64,000 nucleotides of DNA. Origin: a candidate division LCP-89 bacterium B3_LCP (GTDB lineage Bacteria > Electryoneota > B3-LCP). Below are positions 9,354-19,026 of the stretch, piece after piece. The stretch spans positions 11,118 to 75,117 of the forward strand of contig NJBN01000002.1 in NCBI GenBank assembly GCA_005223185.1. Direction: 5' to 3'. The position numbers and the translations under genes were made by a program. Numbering within the stretch: the stretch's first letter is position 1; every line of letters starts with the position of its first letter. Under the pieces are notes generated by a model. It saw nothing but the letters and a program-made list of their open reading frames with translations. It searched no databases and was not told the DNA's origin.

Positions 9354-11468
9354 ATGAAAGAAGGAAAATTTATCTCAGTGCTTATCCCAACGTTTATGGT
9401 AGTCTTGTTCATCGCTCTGCTTTATCCTGTAGGTGTGGATGCGACAAAACTTGAATTGCCGCCGGTGACTATAGATCCAATAGTCAATCGGTCAGACGGG
9501 CAAGTAACATTTGCCACGGAATGGAGTGGCGCTCACTGGGTGGTTGATTACTCACCACTTGATGGAACATATTATGGTGAGAGTAAAGAGAATTGGAATG
9601 CGATATCTTCAATGGGGAATCAAGCAACCTACCCGCTCGTCACCGCTTTTGTACTCCATGACATCTGGGAACTTACTCAGCGAAATGATTATGATTACAA
9701 TACCTTCTGTATAGTAGGTATCGATGGCACGAAGATCACAACCTGGGTTTTTGATGACCTGGATTGCAGGAATGATAGGCGATGGCTGGGTGGTTCCGGT
9801 TTGACCGGACCTCAATACAGTGCTGGTGTGGATGACCGTGGCTACATCGTCCGTAAGAACGACGATCCTACCACTGACGTACATTGGTTTCCCGGTATGG
9901 CTGAACCTGGCGATCCTGGCTGGAGCTGGCCGCCCTGGTACGGCTTCTTTGGTACTTATGGGTTCAATAACACACCCTACACACAGGGTCTTGCTGGTTC
10001 ACAAACTGTCAGTGATCCTCGTGAGATTTACGAAGTAGCTTTTCGAGATCCGACGGAGACCGGGAGCGCCGGATTCCAACCTGGTGTGAGCCTGTATCTG
10101 GCTATATGTGACGTAGCAGGAGACGATCCAAGTTCACGAGCGAATGCGATGCGTATGAAAGGATCGAATACTGTACAGAATCCCGATCCATATAGGTATG
10201 TTCTTATGACTGCCGAAGAAATGGGGATGAATGTTACGTTTGGCGATACTTCAAATTTGCCCATTAATTTCAGAAACGTCACAGGGACTAGCCATACCAC
10301 GACCTATACAGCGTACGACAGCAAGAGTTGGGGCGTTTCTCCCCCATCCGGGAGTTTGGTGTTAGCAGGCGAAACGGATCAAACGATTAACTTCGAAATT
10401 GTGATTCCCGATGATTCTACGCAAGTAGGGGCGAGGGATACTCTCTGGGTAATATCTGATGAGGATACCTGCTATTCCTGGTTCGAGGTAGCTGATGAAT
10501 TAGCCACTGTACAGATAACCCCTGACTCGGCCTTGATACATCCCGATAGCATAGTTTTCTTCGGTGCAACGGGGTATGACTCCCAGGGTAGAATTCTGCA
10601 CATTGAATTAGAAACTGATTGGTATCTCGAACAGCTATTTGGCGACTACGAGGACTGGCCTTGGGATCATCTACCAACATATGTCCCCATAGTATCTCTT
10701 CACGCTCTCGCTCAAAGTCAAGGTTTCCTCATTGCTCAATTACCAGGATTAGTGTTTGGCGCGGCATACATCGTTATTTGTCCGGATGTTGCGACTAATT
10801 TAGTTCCATATAATCCGCCGATCACGATACCTGCTATGGGCGGCATGGCCGAATTCAACATATCCGTAATCAATGATGATCCAAATATGGCTACATTCGA
10901 TATTTGGACTGAAGTAGTACTACCTAATGGAATCGCCTTTGGTCCACTCATCGGTCCCATAACAATCACTGTTCCACCTGGTGTTATGATTGAACGTGAT
11001 CGTTTCCAGATGGTACCTGCCGGTGCTCCATCAGGTGCGTACACCTACTACAGTTATGTGGGTGTGTATCCAGACACAGTTTGGCACGAAGCCAGTTTTG
11101 ATTTCGAAAAACTGCCATTTGGTGATGGCCAACCGGTAGAAGAATGGACTTGCGGAGGAGAGTCGTTTGAAGCATATTTGGCTCAACCTGAGTCAATTGT
11201 TCCGGAAGAGTACAACTTCTCAGCAGCTTATCCTAATCCCTTTAATCCTGCAGCGATGTTAAGTTTTACTCTGCCTGAAGCTTCACAGGTTAAACTGTCG
11301 ATTTATGACATTCAGGGTCGCTTAGTAGCCATACTGGTAGATGAACTGCGTGATGCGGGTACCCACGAGATTACCTTCGATGCGACGAACCTGCCTTCAG
11401 GTGTCTATATCGCCAGGATGGAAGCCAACGATTTCCACCGTACACAGAAATTAGTCATGATTAAATAA
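9354..11468 (+). CDS. Secreted protein with Ig-like domain and Por/T9SS-type C-terminal sorting domain
   Basis: GGAGG RBS and signal peptide. C-terminal 'YPNPFNP..IYDIQGRLV..LPSGVYIARM..KLVMIK'. Confidence 0.85.
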   Translation: MKEGKFISVLIPTFMVVLFIALLYPVGVDATKLELPPVTIDPIVNRSDGQVTFATEWSGAHWVVDYSPLDGTYYGESKENWNAISSMGNQATYPLVTAFVLHDIWELTQRNDYDYNTFCIVGIDGTKITTWVFDDLDCRNDRRWLGGSGLTGPQYSAGVDDRGYIVRKNDDPTTDVHWFPGMAEPGDPGWSWPPWYGFFGTYGFNNTPYTQGLAGSQTVSDPREIYEVAFRDPTETGSAGFQPGVSLYLAICDVAGDDPSSRANAMRMKGSNTVQNPDPYRYVLMTAEEMGMNVTFGDTSNLPINFRNVTGTSHTTTYTAYDSKSWGVSPPSGSLVLAGETDQTINFEIVIPDDSTQVGARDTLWVISDEDTCYSWFEVADELATVQITPDSALIHPDSIVFFGATGYDSQGRILHIELETDWYLEQLFGDYEDWPWDHLPTYVPIVSLHALAQSQGFLIAQLPGLVFGAAYIVICPDVATNLVPYNPPITIPAMGGMAEFNISVINDDPNMATFDIWTEVVLPNGIAFGPLIGPITITVPPGVMIERDRFQMVPAGAPSGAYTYYSYVGVYPDTVWHEASFDFEKLPFGDGQPVEEWTCGGESFEAYLAQPESIVPEEYNFSAAYPNPFNPAAMLSFTLPEASQVKLSIYDIQGRLVAILVDELRDAGTHEITFDATNLPSGVYIARMEANDFHRTQKLVMIK

Positions 11469-11490
11469 GGATAACCAAAATCCAATTGAT

Positions 11491-11522
11491 AGCCGAGGTA
11501 TAATAGCCTCGGCTTTTTATTT
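11491..11522 (+). terminator. Rho-independent terminator
   Basis: agccgagg-tataatag-cctcggct followed by ttttattt. Confidence 0.85.
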
Positions 11523-11630
11523 GTGCGCCCTGCCGGACGTATTCACTTAAGTCTGTATGTCCCTTACAGACTCGGGTTGGGGGAACTGTTGGCTGGACGG
11601 CAAGGGTGTCGAGCGCGAGGTGGAATCTGC
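11523..11630 (+). mobile_element. Group IIC intron 5' fragment (domain I remnant)
   Basis: Starts GTGCGCCC directly after a terminator U-tract and contains 'ggcaagggtgtc...gcgaggtggaatctg', which I recall as typical of IIC domain I. No RT ORF and no domain V. Confidence 0.7.
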
Positions 11631-11700
11631 AGCGAATCTGAAGTCGCAGCATTGGTACCCTTTGATAGCTTTCTAAAAGGTAGCGCCTTACACTACCAAA

Positions 11701-13203
11701 CTACCTGATCCAAACCCGCCCTAAAGTAATCAAAAACAGAGCTAACAACATCCAGCCTATTAGACCCTCGCACATGGCAAGCGTCCTGAAACGTATCGGC
11801 AGAGTTATCTTAAACCTTCCCGGTCCTATCTTCAGTTTTTCCGCTGTTGGATACCAATCACCGTACCCGACCGTAGTAAACGTATTGACGCTGAAATACA
11901 ACGCATCTCGAAAGCGTGCCCAGCGGTTTCTTTCGTCTTTATTCACTCCTTCTTTCTTCGATTTTAAAGCCGGATCATCGAATTTGCGCTCCTGGATGGC
12001 TCCGTGCAAATAGTAGAACAACGCAAATAAAATAATCACAAAAAAAGATGTGAAAATAACCCGCCCCGGCTTGACGCCGTACCCACAGGAATAGTGCAGT
12101 AACGTCTTTAACAACCAGTCGCCTATGTTGGCATGTCTTCGCTCAATGGTCATGCGTTCATAATAGCACGCATCCTGATCCTCAAATTGCCCCAAGTTGG
12201 CAAAGTTATTTTCTAAGTGTATAAATACCTTGCGAAGCCTATTTATGTCATCGAATCTCTTCGCGGGTATTACACCCAAATTGCGGTCATAAAAATGTAG
12301 GTGCTCTTCCAACTGCAACCATGATAATTCGATATTTCTTACCTCGATATCCTCAAGTAAAATACGACAGTTCTGTAAAAAGCTAGTTGTTTTCAAATTT
12401 AGTGATTCTAAAAACTTCGCACCAGTGAGGTCTATTGTGGAAGTTGAATAAATTTCATGGAAGAAAACTACACCACTAAAGTTGGTATAACCTGAAAAAA
12501 ATCCCTTTTCAAAGGATACATTGCCATAGAAATCGGTATTCTCAAAATCGACATTGCCTGAGAATGTTGTTTCTCGAAAGTAAGCATCCCCAAAGAATTC
12601 GGCAATATAGAACCGAGTCTCTCCAGAAAAAATGGTCGAAATAAAAACTGAATTATCATGAAAAACTGCAGAATTATAATAAACATCACCAGAGAAAATC
12701 GCTTCTTCAAATCGTACTCCCTCTTTGAAAATAACACCCCTAAAATAAGCATTACAGTTGAAAGTTGCCTTACTGAAGTATGTACCATGGGAAAAAGTTG
12801 CATCGTCAAAATATGCATTGTCATGGAAAATCCCTTTACTGAAATTCACATTACCATGGAAAATCGTTCTCTCAAAATAAACACATGAAGAGAAATTAAC
12901 TTGGCCGCCTGTATTTTGCAGAGTGAAGTCATCAGAAAATTCCGAGTCTGAAAACCTTATAATACATTTAACGGTATCAATACCTGATCCTGAAATGTTT
13001 ATTTTACCTGAAATTATTAGGCTATCACACCTGAGCACATCAGACGTATCCTGCAATACCTTAATCGCCTCTATAATCTTATCTGCTGAGATGGTGTCCG
13101 TGGTGGTGCTGTCACGCAGGTCTATCACTCGCGCCTGTAATTCGGCTCCCGCTGGCAGTAAGCACAAAAGCACTAAGGCAAACAGAATAATCCGCTTGTT
13201 CAT
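11701..13203 (-). CDS. Pentapeptide-repeat protein fused to a 2-TM potassium channel pore domain
   Basis: Signal peptide, 11-aa F-x4-F pentapeptide-type repeats, TM helix, 'FSVNTFTTVGYGD' selectivity filter, TM helix. AT-rich. Confidence 0.85.
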   Translation of the reverse strand: MNKRIILFALVLLCLLPAGAELQARVIDLRDSTTTDTISADKIIEAIKVLQDTSDVLRCDSLIISGKINISGSGIDTVKCIIRFSDSEFSDDFTLQNTGGQVNFSSCVYFERTIFHGNVNFSKGIFHDNAYFDDATFSHGTYFSKATFNCNAYFRGVIFKEGVRFEEAIFSGDVYYNSAVFHDNSVFISTIFSGETRFYIAEFFGDAYFRETTFSGNVDFENTDFYGNVSFEKGFFSGYTNFSGVVFFHEIYSTSTIDLTGAKFLESLNLKTTSFLQNCRILLEDIEVRNIELSWLQLEEHLHFYDRNLGVIPAKRFDDINRLRKVFIHLENNFANLGQFEDQDACYYERMTIERRHANIGDWLLKTLLHYSCGYGVKPGRVIFTSFFVIILFALFYYLHGAIQERKFDDPALKSKKEGVNKDERNRWARFRDALYFSVNTFTTVGYGDWYPTAEKLKIGPGRFKITLPIRFRTLAMCEGLIGWMLLALFLITLGRVWIR

Positions 13204-13344
13204 TATGTCCTCATTCTTAAGAAAACGAAAGTTTGCCTGAATATATCCATCTCTGAGGTAAGTATCAAGTTCTATTTGGCGGGATTGGTTTCCAGTTGTT
13301 AGGTGGGCAGGCGCACTGGGTGGTGGCCCGATCCCTCAAAAAAC

Positions 13345-13384
13345 GTTGCGTCGGGTCTCCGTTGTACTAAGGACCTGACGCAAC
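13345..13384. repeat. ttgcgtcaggtc..gacctgacgc palindrome family
   Basis: Related copies at 18964-19008 and 53992-54037 with different loops. Confidence 0.7.
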
Positions 13385-13541
13385 AACTAAATACACATAT
13401 AGTTTCCTTGTTCCCTAATTAGGTGATCAAAATTTGGTAAAACTGTCTAATAAATTAGCAATTAAACGTATAATATGTGTAACGGTGGTAGGCTAAGGAC
13501 AATAAAGTAGTTATCACACAATAAAACTTAAGGAGATAACT

Positions 13542-13880
13542 ATGAAAAACGGATTAATATTTTTACTGGTAATCGCATTTCTGGGGGTCGGTGTCACCAT
13601 CACACCAAATGACGCGTTTGCTAAAAATCCCAAAGTGAAGTACAATAAAGCCAGTACTCTCAATTCAGAAGAGACTGTAAGATTGATTGCAGACATTGCG
13701 AATCCCCTGGTATCGACTACTGCCTTGATAACGAAGATCAACCGAGGTGAGGAAGTGACAGTTATCGATGTAGCTATGGTTGCAACAGATTTCGTTGTAC
13801 CTCTAGCTTTCATGAGGGTTGCCAAGAAAGCAAAGAAAGGTTACTGGCTCGCAAATGCCCTTGAAGCAGCATTTCGTTAA
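13542..13880 (+). CDS. Small hypothetical exported protein
   Basis: AAGGAG RBS, signal peptide ending in AFA, and its own terminator. Confidence 0.65.
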   Translation: MKNGLIFLLVIAFLGVGVTITPNDAFAKNPKVKYNKASTLNSEETVRLIADIANPLVSTTALITKINRGEEVTVIDVAMVATDFVVPLAFMRVAKKAKKGYWLANALEAAFR

Positions 13881-13908
13881 CTCATGTCTCATATCCATTC
13901 AATAGAAC

Positions 13909-13938
13909 ACTCTTCCCAGGTAATGGGAAGAGTTTTTT
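13909..13938 (+). terminator. Rho-independent terminator
   Basis: actcttccca-ggtaa-tgggaagagt followed by ttttt. Confidence 0.85.
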
Positions 13939-14012
13939 GTTTATACACTTGAGTATTATTCTTTATCTTCGGGCGGGTGGCCCGGACAGCTAGATATCCG
14001 GGTACAACTTCT

Positions 14013-14429
14013 CTAGGACTGCAAAACGTCCGGATAGATTCCGTTGATGATGGTGTTGAGGTCTTCTAAGTGGAAGGGTTTGCGCAGTAATCCCAAGGAT
14101 CTATCTATTAAGTACTGACGTGATCCTTCGAAGGAATAGCCTGTAATGAAGAGGAAGTTCTGATCTGGTTTCAACTTAAGGATTTTCTCATATACTTCAA
14201 AGCCGTCCATGCCCGGCATAGAAACGTCGCATATTATCAGCCCGAAAGCATCCTCCTTTAATGCTTTTATTCCATCAGATCCCGTCGCTGCCGTGTGGAC
14301 GTCCAATCCGATGATTCCGATATATTCCTTCAGCAGTGTTCGGATCGCTTCCTCATCATCGATGATGAGGACTTTGCGAGGTAGATCTATTTCAGTTTGC
14401 GCAGAAGCAGTGAGTTCGGGATTATTCAT
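14013..14429 (-). CDS. Single-domain response regulator (CheY-like receiver)
   Basis: 'VLIIDDE', 'IICDVSMPGMDG', 'FITGY', 'LRKPF'. Start shortened to the ATG at 14429. Confidence 0.88.
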   Translation of the reverse strand: MNNPELTASAQTEIDLPRKVLIIDDEEAIRTLLKEYIGIIGLDVHTAATGSDGIKALKEDAFGLIICDVSMPGMDGFEVYEKILKLKPDQNFLFITGYSFEGSRQYLIDRSLGLLRKPFHLEDLNTIINGIYPDVLQS

Positions 14430-14708
14430 AGCGTATTCTGGTATCCGTTTGATTCGAAGTCCGTCGATTATTTTAACAATCGCGAACAGTTCTCCGTGAT
14501 CGAATCTAATATGGGGTGCATAATGCGATTTTACAAAATTAATATAAAAGATTCGTGGGGTTGTGATGATCTGCATCACAATACGGCAAGTATTTCGCAC
14601 CGTTGGGTTGCGATCGATGGATAATCGTCCCCTTGCAACTTGACATCTTGCCAAATTTGACCTATATTGTTTAACTTTCTAAAGAATATAAGGCATCTTC
14701 AGCATACC

Positions 14709-16787
14709 ATGAGAATAGGAATTGACGTCGGTGGTACCTTCACCGATATAGTCGGATTCGACGATGACAGCGGTCAGATCCACTACGCTAAAACGCTGAC
14801 CACACCACATGACCTCACCCAGGGTGTCATACAGGGAATAAATGACCTGTTAAGCGAAGCTGGCATCGAAGGCAGTTCCCCAAATCGTGAAAACCCTTCG
14901 ATTCAGGGTGTGGTGCATGGAACCACCATTGGAACCAACGCCTTAATCGAGAAAAAAGGCGCTCTGACCGGTCTAATTACCACGGAAGGTTTCCGAGACG
15001 TATTGGAAATAGGTCGGGTGCAGCGCCCCCCCGAAGCGCTGTATGATTTTACCGTGGATAATCCACCACCGCTGGTGCCCAGATTCCTGCGTCTCGAAGT
15101 TAAAGAGAGGGTTGGCGCGGATGGCAGTGTGGTAGTGCCGCTTGATGGAGATTCAGTCCGGAAATCCGTACGCTTTTTAAAAGAACAAGGAGTGAAATCA
15201 ATAGCTGTCTGTCTGCTTTTCAGCTTCCTGAATGATAATCATGAAAAACGTGTAGCTGATATAATTACAGCTGAGATCCCTGATGCGTTTGTCACGCTTT
15301 CCAGCATTATCTCCCCCGAATTCAGAGAATATGAGAGAACTTCCACGACTGTGCTTAATGCCTATCTGTTGCCTATCATCAAGAAGTACTTAGATGACCT
15401 TTCCAGGCGACTTAAAGGTGAATATTTAGTAAACGATCTCCGCATTATGCAGGCATCCGGAGGGTCGATGACCGTTAAAGTGGCTCGCGAACGCGCGATC
15501 AATACGGTCAATTCCGGCCCCGCCGGTGGCGCTTTAGCCGGGGCTTTCATGGGGTCAATCGTTGGAGAGCCGAAACTTATCACCGTGGATATGGGCGGAA
15601 CGAGCTTTGATATAGGGTTGGTCGAAGACGGCAAACCGAAAGTTTCATCCGACGGAGTATTAGAGGACTATCCCGCCAAAATCCCCATGGTGAATATCTA
15701 TGCAATCGGTGCCGGTGGTGGTTCACTGGCACGCGTTGAACCGGGGGGAGTGCTGGAAGTTGGTCCTCAATCTGCCGGTGCGGATCCCGGTCCGGTCTGT
15801 TATGGGCATGGCGGTCAACAACCCACTGTAACTGACGCAAACCTGGTATTAGGTAGGTTGAATCCTGATTACTTCTTAGGAGGCCGAATTCATCTTGAAG
15901 TAGAAGCAGCTAAAGAGGCAATGCAGGATAAAATAGCTTCCCCGATGGGTTTGACATTAGAGGAAACTGCGGCCGGAATTCTCAGAGTTATAAACGCTAA
16001 GATGGCGAAAGGCATCACCACCAGGACTACTCAGAAAGGTCTGGACATCCGCGAATTCGCTCTGATGGCGTTCGGGGGTGCGGGAGCCCTTCATGCTGCC
16101 GAAATCGCGGAAGAACTGGGCATGACCCGGGTGGTGGTTCCGCCGTATGCAGGTAACCTCTCAGCCTTAGGTTTGTTAGTCGCCGATGCGCGGCATGATT
16201 ATACTAAGACAATAATGCTGAAAGATGACGACCTCAAGGTGGGGAATATAGCTGAAGTTCTTGAGGAGTTACAGCAGGAAGGCTACCGTCAGCTTCATGC
16301 TGAAGGGATCCCGGATGAAAGGGCATCGTTCATTCTATCTGCTGATTTAAGATTGGAAGGGCAGTCTTATGATTTGAACGTCGTCTTCCCTGACTTTAAA
16401 GGCAAGTGTACCCGCAAGGTACTGGACAGAATTGTTAAGGATTTTCACCGGCTTCACGAACAGGTTTATGCGTTTAAAGCTGTAGATGAAGTGACGGAAT
16501 GGGTGAATCTGCGCGTTACCGCGATAGGGCATGCCGCAGAATTGAATCTGCCGGAGTTAAAACCCGGCGCTGGCGAAAAACCCCGCCCCAAGAGAAGACA
16601 CCAGGTATATTTCTTCGGTAAAGGATTCAAAGAGGTGCCGGTTTACGAACGGAGCGAGTTTGCCCCTGGTGACGCTGTTAAAGGTCCCTGCCTCATCGAA
16701 GAAATTATTTCCACTACAGTTCTTCCCCCAGGCTGGGATTTGGCAGTTGACAAAAGCGGTTGTCTGTTGCTGAATAAAGTCGATTAA
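14709..16787 (+). CDS. Hydantoinase/5-oxoprolinase subunit A family protein
   Basis: 'IGIDVGGTFTD', 'HGTTIGTNAL', 'SGPAGG', 'DMGGTSFD', 'GADPGPVCYG', 'AFGGAG'. Confidence 0.92.
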   Translation: MRIGIDVGGTFTDIVGFDDDSGQIHYAKTLTTPHDLTQGVIQGINDLLSEAGIEGSSPNRENPSIQGVVHGTTIGTNALIEKKGALTGLITTEGFRDVLEIGRVQRPPEALYDFTVDNPPPLVPRFLRLEVKERVGADGSVVVPLDGDSVRKSVRFLKEQGVKSIAVCLLFSFLNDNHEKRVADIITAEIPDAFVTLSSIISPEFREYERTSTTVLNAYLLPIIKKYLDDLSRRLKGEYLVNDLRIMQASGGSMTVKVARERAINTVNSGPAGGALAGAFMGSIVGEPKLITVDMGGTSFDIGLVEDGKPKVSSDGVLEDYPAKIPMVNIYAIGAGGGSLARVEPGGVLEVGPQSAGADPGPVCYGHGGQQPTVTDANLVLGRLNPDYFLGGRIHLEVEAAKEAMQDKIASPMGLTLEETAAGILRVINAKMAKGITTRTTQKGLDIREFALMAFGGAGALHAAEIAEELGMTRVVVPPYAGNLSALGLLVADARHDYTKTIMLKDDDLKVGNIAEVLEELQQEGYRQLHAEGIPDERASFILSADLRLEGQSYDLNVVFPDFKGKCTRKVLDRIVKDFHRLHEQVYAFKAVDEVTEWVNLRVTAIGHAAELNLPELKPGAGEKPRPKRRHQVYFFGKGFKEVPVYERSEFAPGDAVKGPCLIEEIISTTVLPPGWDLAVDKSGCLLLNKVD

Positions 16788-16843
16788 CTATATTCATAGA
16801 TTAATCAACAATATAGGTAGCGCGGGGGCTTGCCCCCATTGAT

Positions 16844-16886
16844 GGGTGGCATGCTTCTGGATCGCCGTAGGCGAGACGAAGCATGT
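16844..16886. repeat. 43-bp palindromic repeat, copy 1
   Basis: 41/43 identical to 37973-38015; the copies differ only in the triloop (gta vs aaa). Confidence 0.85.
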
Positions 16887-16954
16887 TCCTAATAAGCGAC
16901 AGATGAACTGCCGCACTACCATCGAGTGTCAACACAATCAGCTAAATACCATAT

Positions 16955-17809
16955 ATGAATGATATAACTCAGGTAAAAATCTGCCGCCACCAGGACTGCC
17001 GCTATAAAGCGTTAGCTCTTGCTGAATACTGCTGGTTCCATCTGGAGAATAAGAGACATTATCGCGGAGACCTTGAACTGCGAGTGGAGATGGGAACGGA
17101 CCTAAGTGGAGCAAATTTAGCTGGCGCCGTTCTGGAAAAAATCCGCCTGCCCAATGCGAAGTTAGCACACGCTGATCTTTCCGGCGTTCGCTTCGCTTCT
17201 GTTGATCTATCCGGCGCTGATCTTTCCGGCGCGGAGTTGCATGGAAGTGATTTACGATCTGCACGTTTACTACGCTTGCAGGGGAGTGGGGCGCGTTTCG
17301 AAGGCGCTTTTCTAAGTGGCTGTAACTTTGAATACGCCCAATTGGCTGATACCAATTTCTCCCATGCTGACCTGAGAGGAGCACAATTTACAGGCGCTTC
17401 ACTGTACCAGGCACGAATGGATTTTGCGGTATTGGAAGGCGCTGATTTCAGTAACGCCGATCTTTCCTTTGCCATATTGGGTGGTGCTCACGCTTCTGAT
17501 GCCATCTTCCATGAAGCGGATCTTTCCCGTTCTAACTTAGTCGGAACGGATCTCGAACGAGCAAATTTAAGTGGCGCAAATCTTTTCTATGCGCGCCCCG
17601 GCAGAGCTAAACTTCGCAAGGCAAACCTGACCAATGCCAGGCTGGAAAGAACGATCTTCCGCGAAGCCGATCTCACGGAAGCAAAATTGGTGAAAGCTGA
17701 CTTGAGCGGCGCCGTGCTGGAACGTGCCATTTTAGAGGGTGCGGACCTTAGCGATTCTAACCTTGGCGCTGCTAATATCAACTGCGCGCTTCTGTCGGAT
17801 GAGGTATAA
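16955..17809 (+). CDS. Pentapeptide-repeat protein with N-terminal Cys/His motif
   Basis: Long A(D/N)Lxx repeat run; N-terminal C-x4-C-x10-C-x2-H. Confidence 0.9.
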   Translation: MNDITQVKICRHQDCRYKALALAEYCWFHLENKRHYRGDLELRVEMGTDLSGANLAGAVLEKIRLPNAKLAHADLSGVRFASVDLSGADLSGAELHGSDLRSARLLRLQGSGARFEGAFLSGCNFEYAQLADTNFSHADLRGAQFTGASLYQARMDFAVLEGADFSNADLSFAILGGAHASDAIFHEADLSRSNLVGTDLERANLSGANLFYARPGRAKLRKANLTNARLERTIFREADLTEAKLVKADLSGAVLERAILEGADLSDSNLGAANINCALLSDEV

Positions 17810-17810
17810 C

Positions 17811-18371
17811 ATGATCATCGAACATTTTCTCCTTTCAGTAAACGAAACCAATAGTTACATCGTTGCGTGCAGCGAAACGCGTAGTGCAGTAATTATCGAC
17901 CCCGGCGAATGGAGTCCGCAAATGGCTGAATTTGTCAATCAACAGGAACTGGAGGTTGAGTCAATATTGATCACGCACGCGCATTATGACCACACAGGCG
18001 GTGTTCAGGCTTTAAGAGAGCAATATGCTGGAGTACAGGTTTATAGCCATGCAAGCGACGATCTGAAGGATGGTAACGTATCAGATGGGGACGTTTTGGA
18101 GTTAGGCAAATTGAAAATCAGAGTGTTCGAAACGCCAGGTCATACCGATGATTCGATCACTTTCGTGGTGGGATGCGATGTATTCTGCGGTGACCTGCTC
18201 TTCGCCGGATCGGTGGGGGGGACGCCTGACGATGAACATTTTTATGAGGAAATTAAGTCTATTCGCGAAAAAATAATCCCTTTAGGTGATGACATGTTAG
18301 TCCATCCCGGTCATGGTCCCGCCACCACTATAGCCATTGAGCGTTTATATAATCCTTTCCTGATGACCTGA
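17811..18371 (+). CDS. MBL-fold metallo-hydrolase (glyoxalase II-like)
   Basis: THAHYDH (HxHxDH), TPGHT, GDLLF, PGHG. ATG 1 nt after the upstream stop, preceded by GAGG. Confidence 0.9.
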   Translation: MIIEHFLLSVNETNSYIVACSETRSAVIIDPGEWSPQMAEFVNQQELEVESILITHAHYDHTGGVQALREQYAGVQVYSHASDDLKDGNVSDGDVLELGKLKIRVFETPGHTDDSITFVVGCDVFCGDLLFAGSVGGTPDDEHFYEEIKSIREKIIPLGDDMLVHPGHGPATTIAIERLYNPFLMT

Positions 18372-18491
18372 TCAGAATTTGAAAGAGCAGCCCTATCGCT
18401 ATCTGGACAGATGTTTGTTGAAAGATGATCTGGATCACGATACCTTATTGGCTTTATAGATATATTATCTAAATTATCTTTGTGAAACCTG

Positions 18492-18926
18492 ATGAAATTG
18501 CCCAGCAGACTAACGGTAAAACTTTTCCTGAACTACATCTGGATAGGCGGGCTGGCGACAGTAGTGGATACTTTCGCGCTACTGGTGTTCCGTGTCAAAT
18601 TTGGAATGTACGTCTGGCTATCTGCGGCTTTGGCTTACGCCTGTGGTATGGCAACGAATTTTGTTCTGAATAAATACCTAAATTTCACTTCCAAGGAAAG
18701 GCACATCTTAAAACAAGCCCGCACCTTTTTCATCGTTGCATCCATTGGTTTATGTTTGAAGGCTCTACTGATGGAAGTTTTCGTCCAGGTAGTTCACATG
18801 CGTTTGCTCATAGCGCAAGCTTTCGGTGTTGCCATCGTTATGATCTGGAGCTTCTGGGGACACCATAAAATGACCTTTCGGGGCGGGATCAGATCATATC
18901 TTTCGGATAGATTGAATAAAGAATAA
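18492..18926 (+). CDS. GtrA-family flippase-like membrane protein
   Basis: Four TM helices; 'IGGLATVVD', 'NFVLNKYLNF', 'WSFWGHHKMTF'. Confidence 0.85.
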   Translation: MKLPSRLTVKLFLNYIWIGGLATVVDTFALLVFRVKFGMYVWLSAALAYACGMATNFVLNKYLNFTSKERHILKQARTFFIVASIGLCLKALLMEVFVQVVHMRLLIAQAFGVAIVMIWSFWGHHKMTFRGGIRSYLSDRLNKE

Positions 18927-19026
18927 GGGGTATTCCACCAGAGCGGAGTGTGCCCCGATTCTTGTTGCGTCAGGTCTTGTCCCGCGTTAGCAGGGTGTGA
19001 CCTGACGCTTTTTATCCTTTATCCTT

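Noticed and set aside
11523-11610. 6S RNA or tRNA on the minus strand
   Set aside because: Too short for 6S and no cloverleaf; the GTGCG start after a terminator fits a group IIC fragment better.
11470-13940. Integron cassette array
   Set aside because: Genes are divergent and have their own terminators; no convincing RYYYAAC/GTTRRRY attC pair and no integrase.
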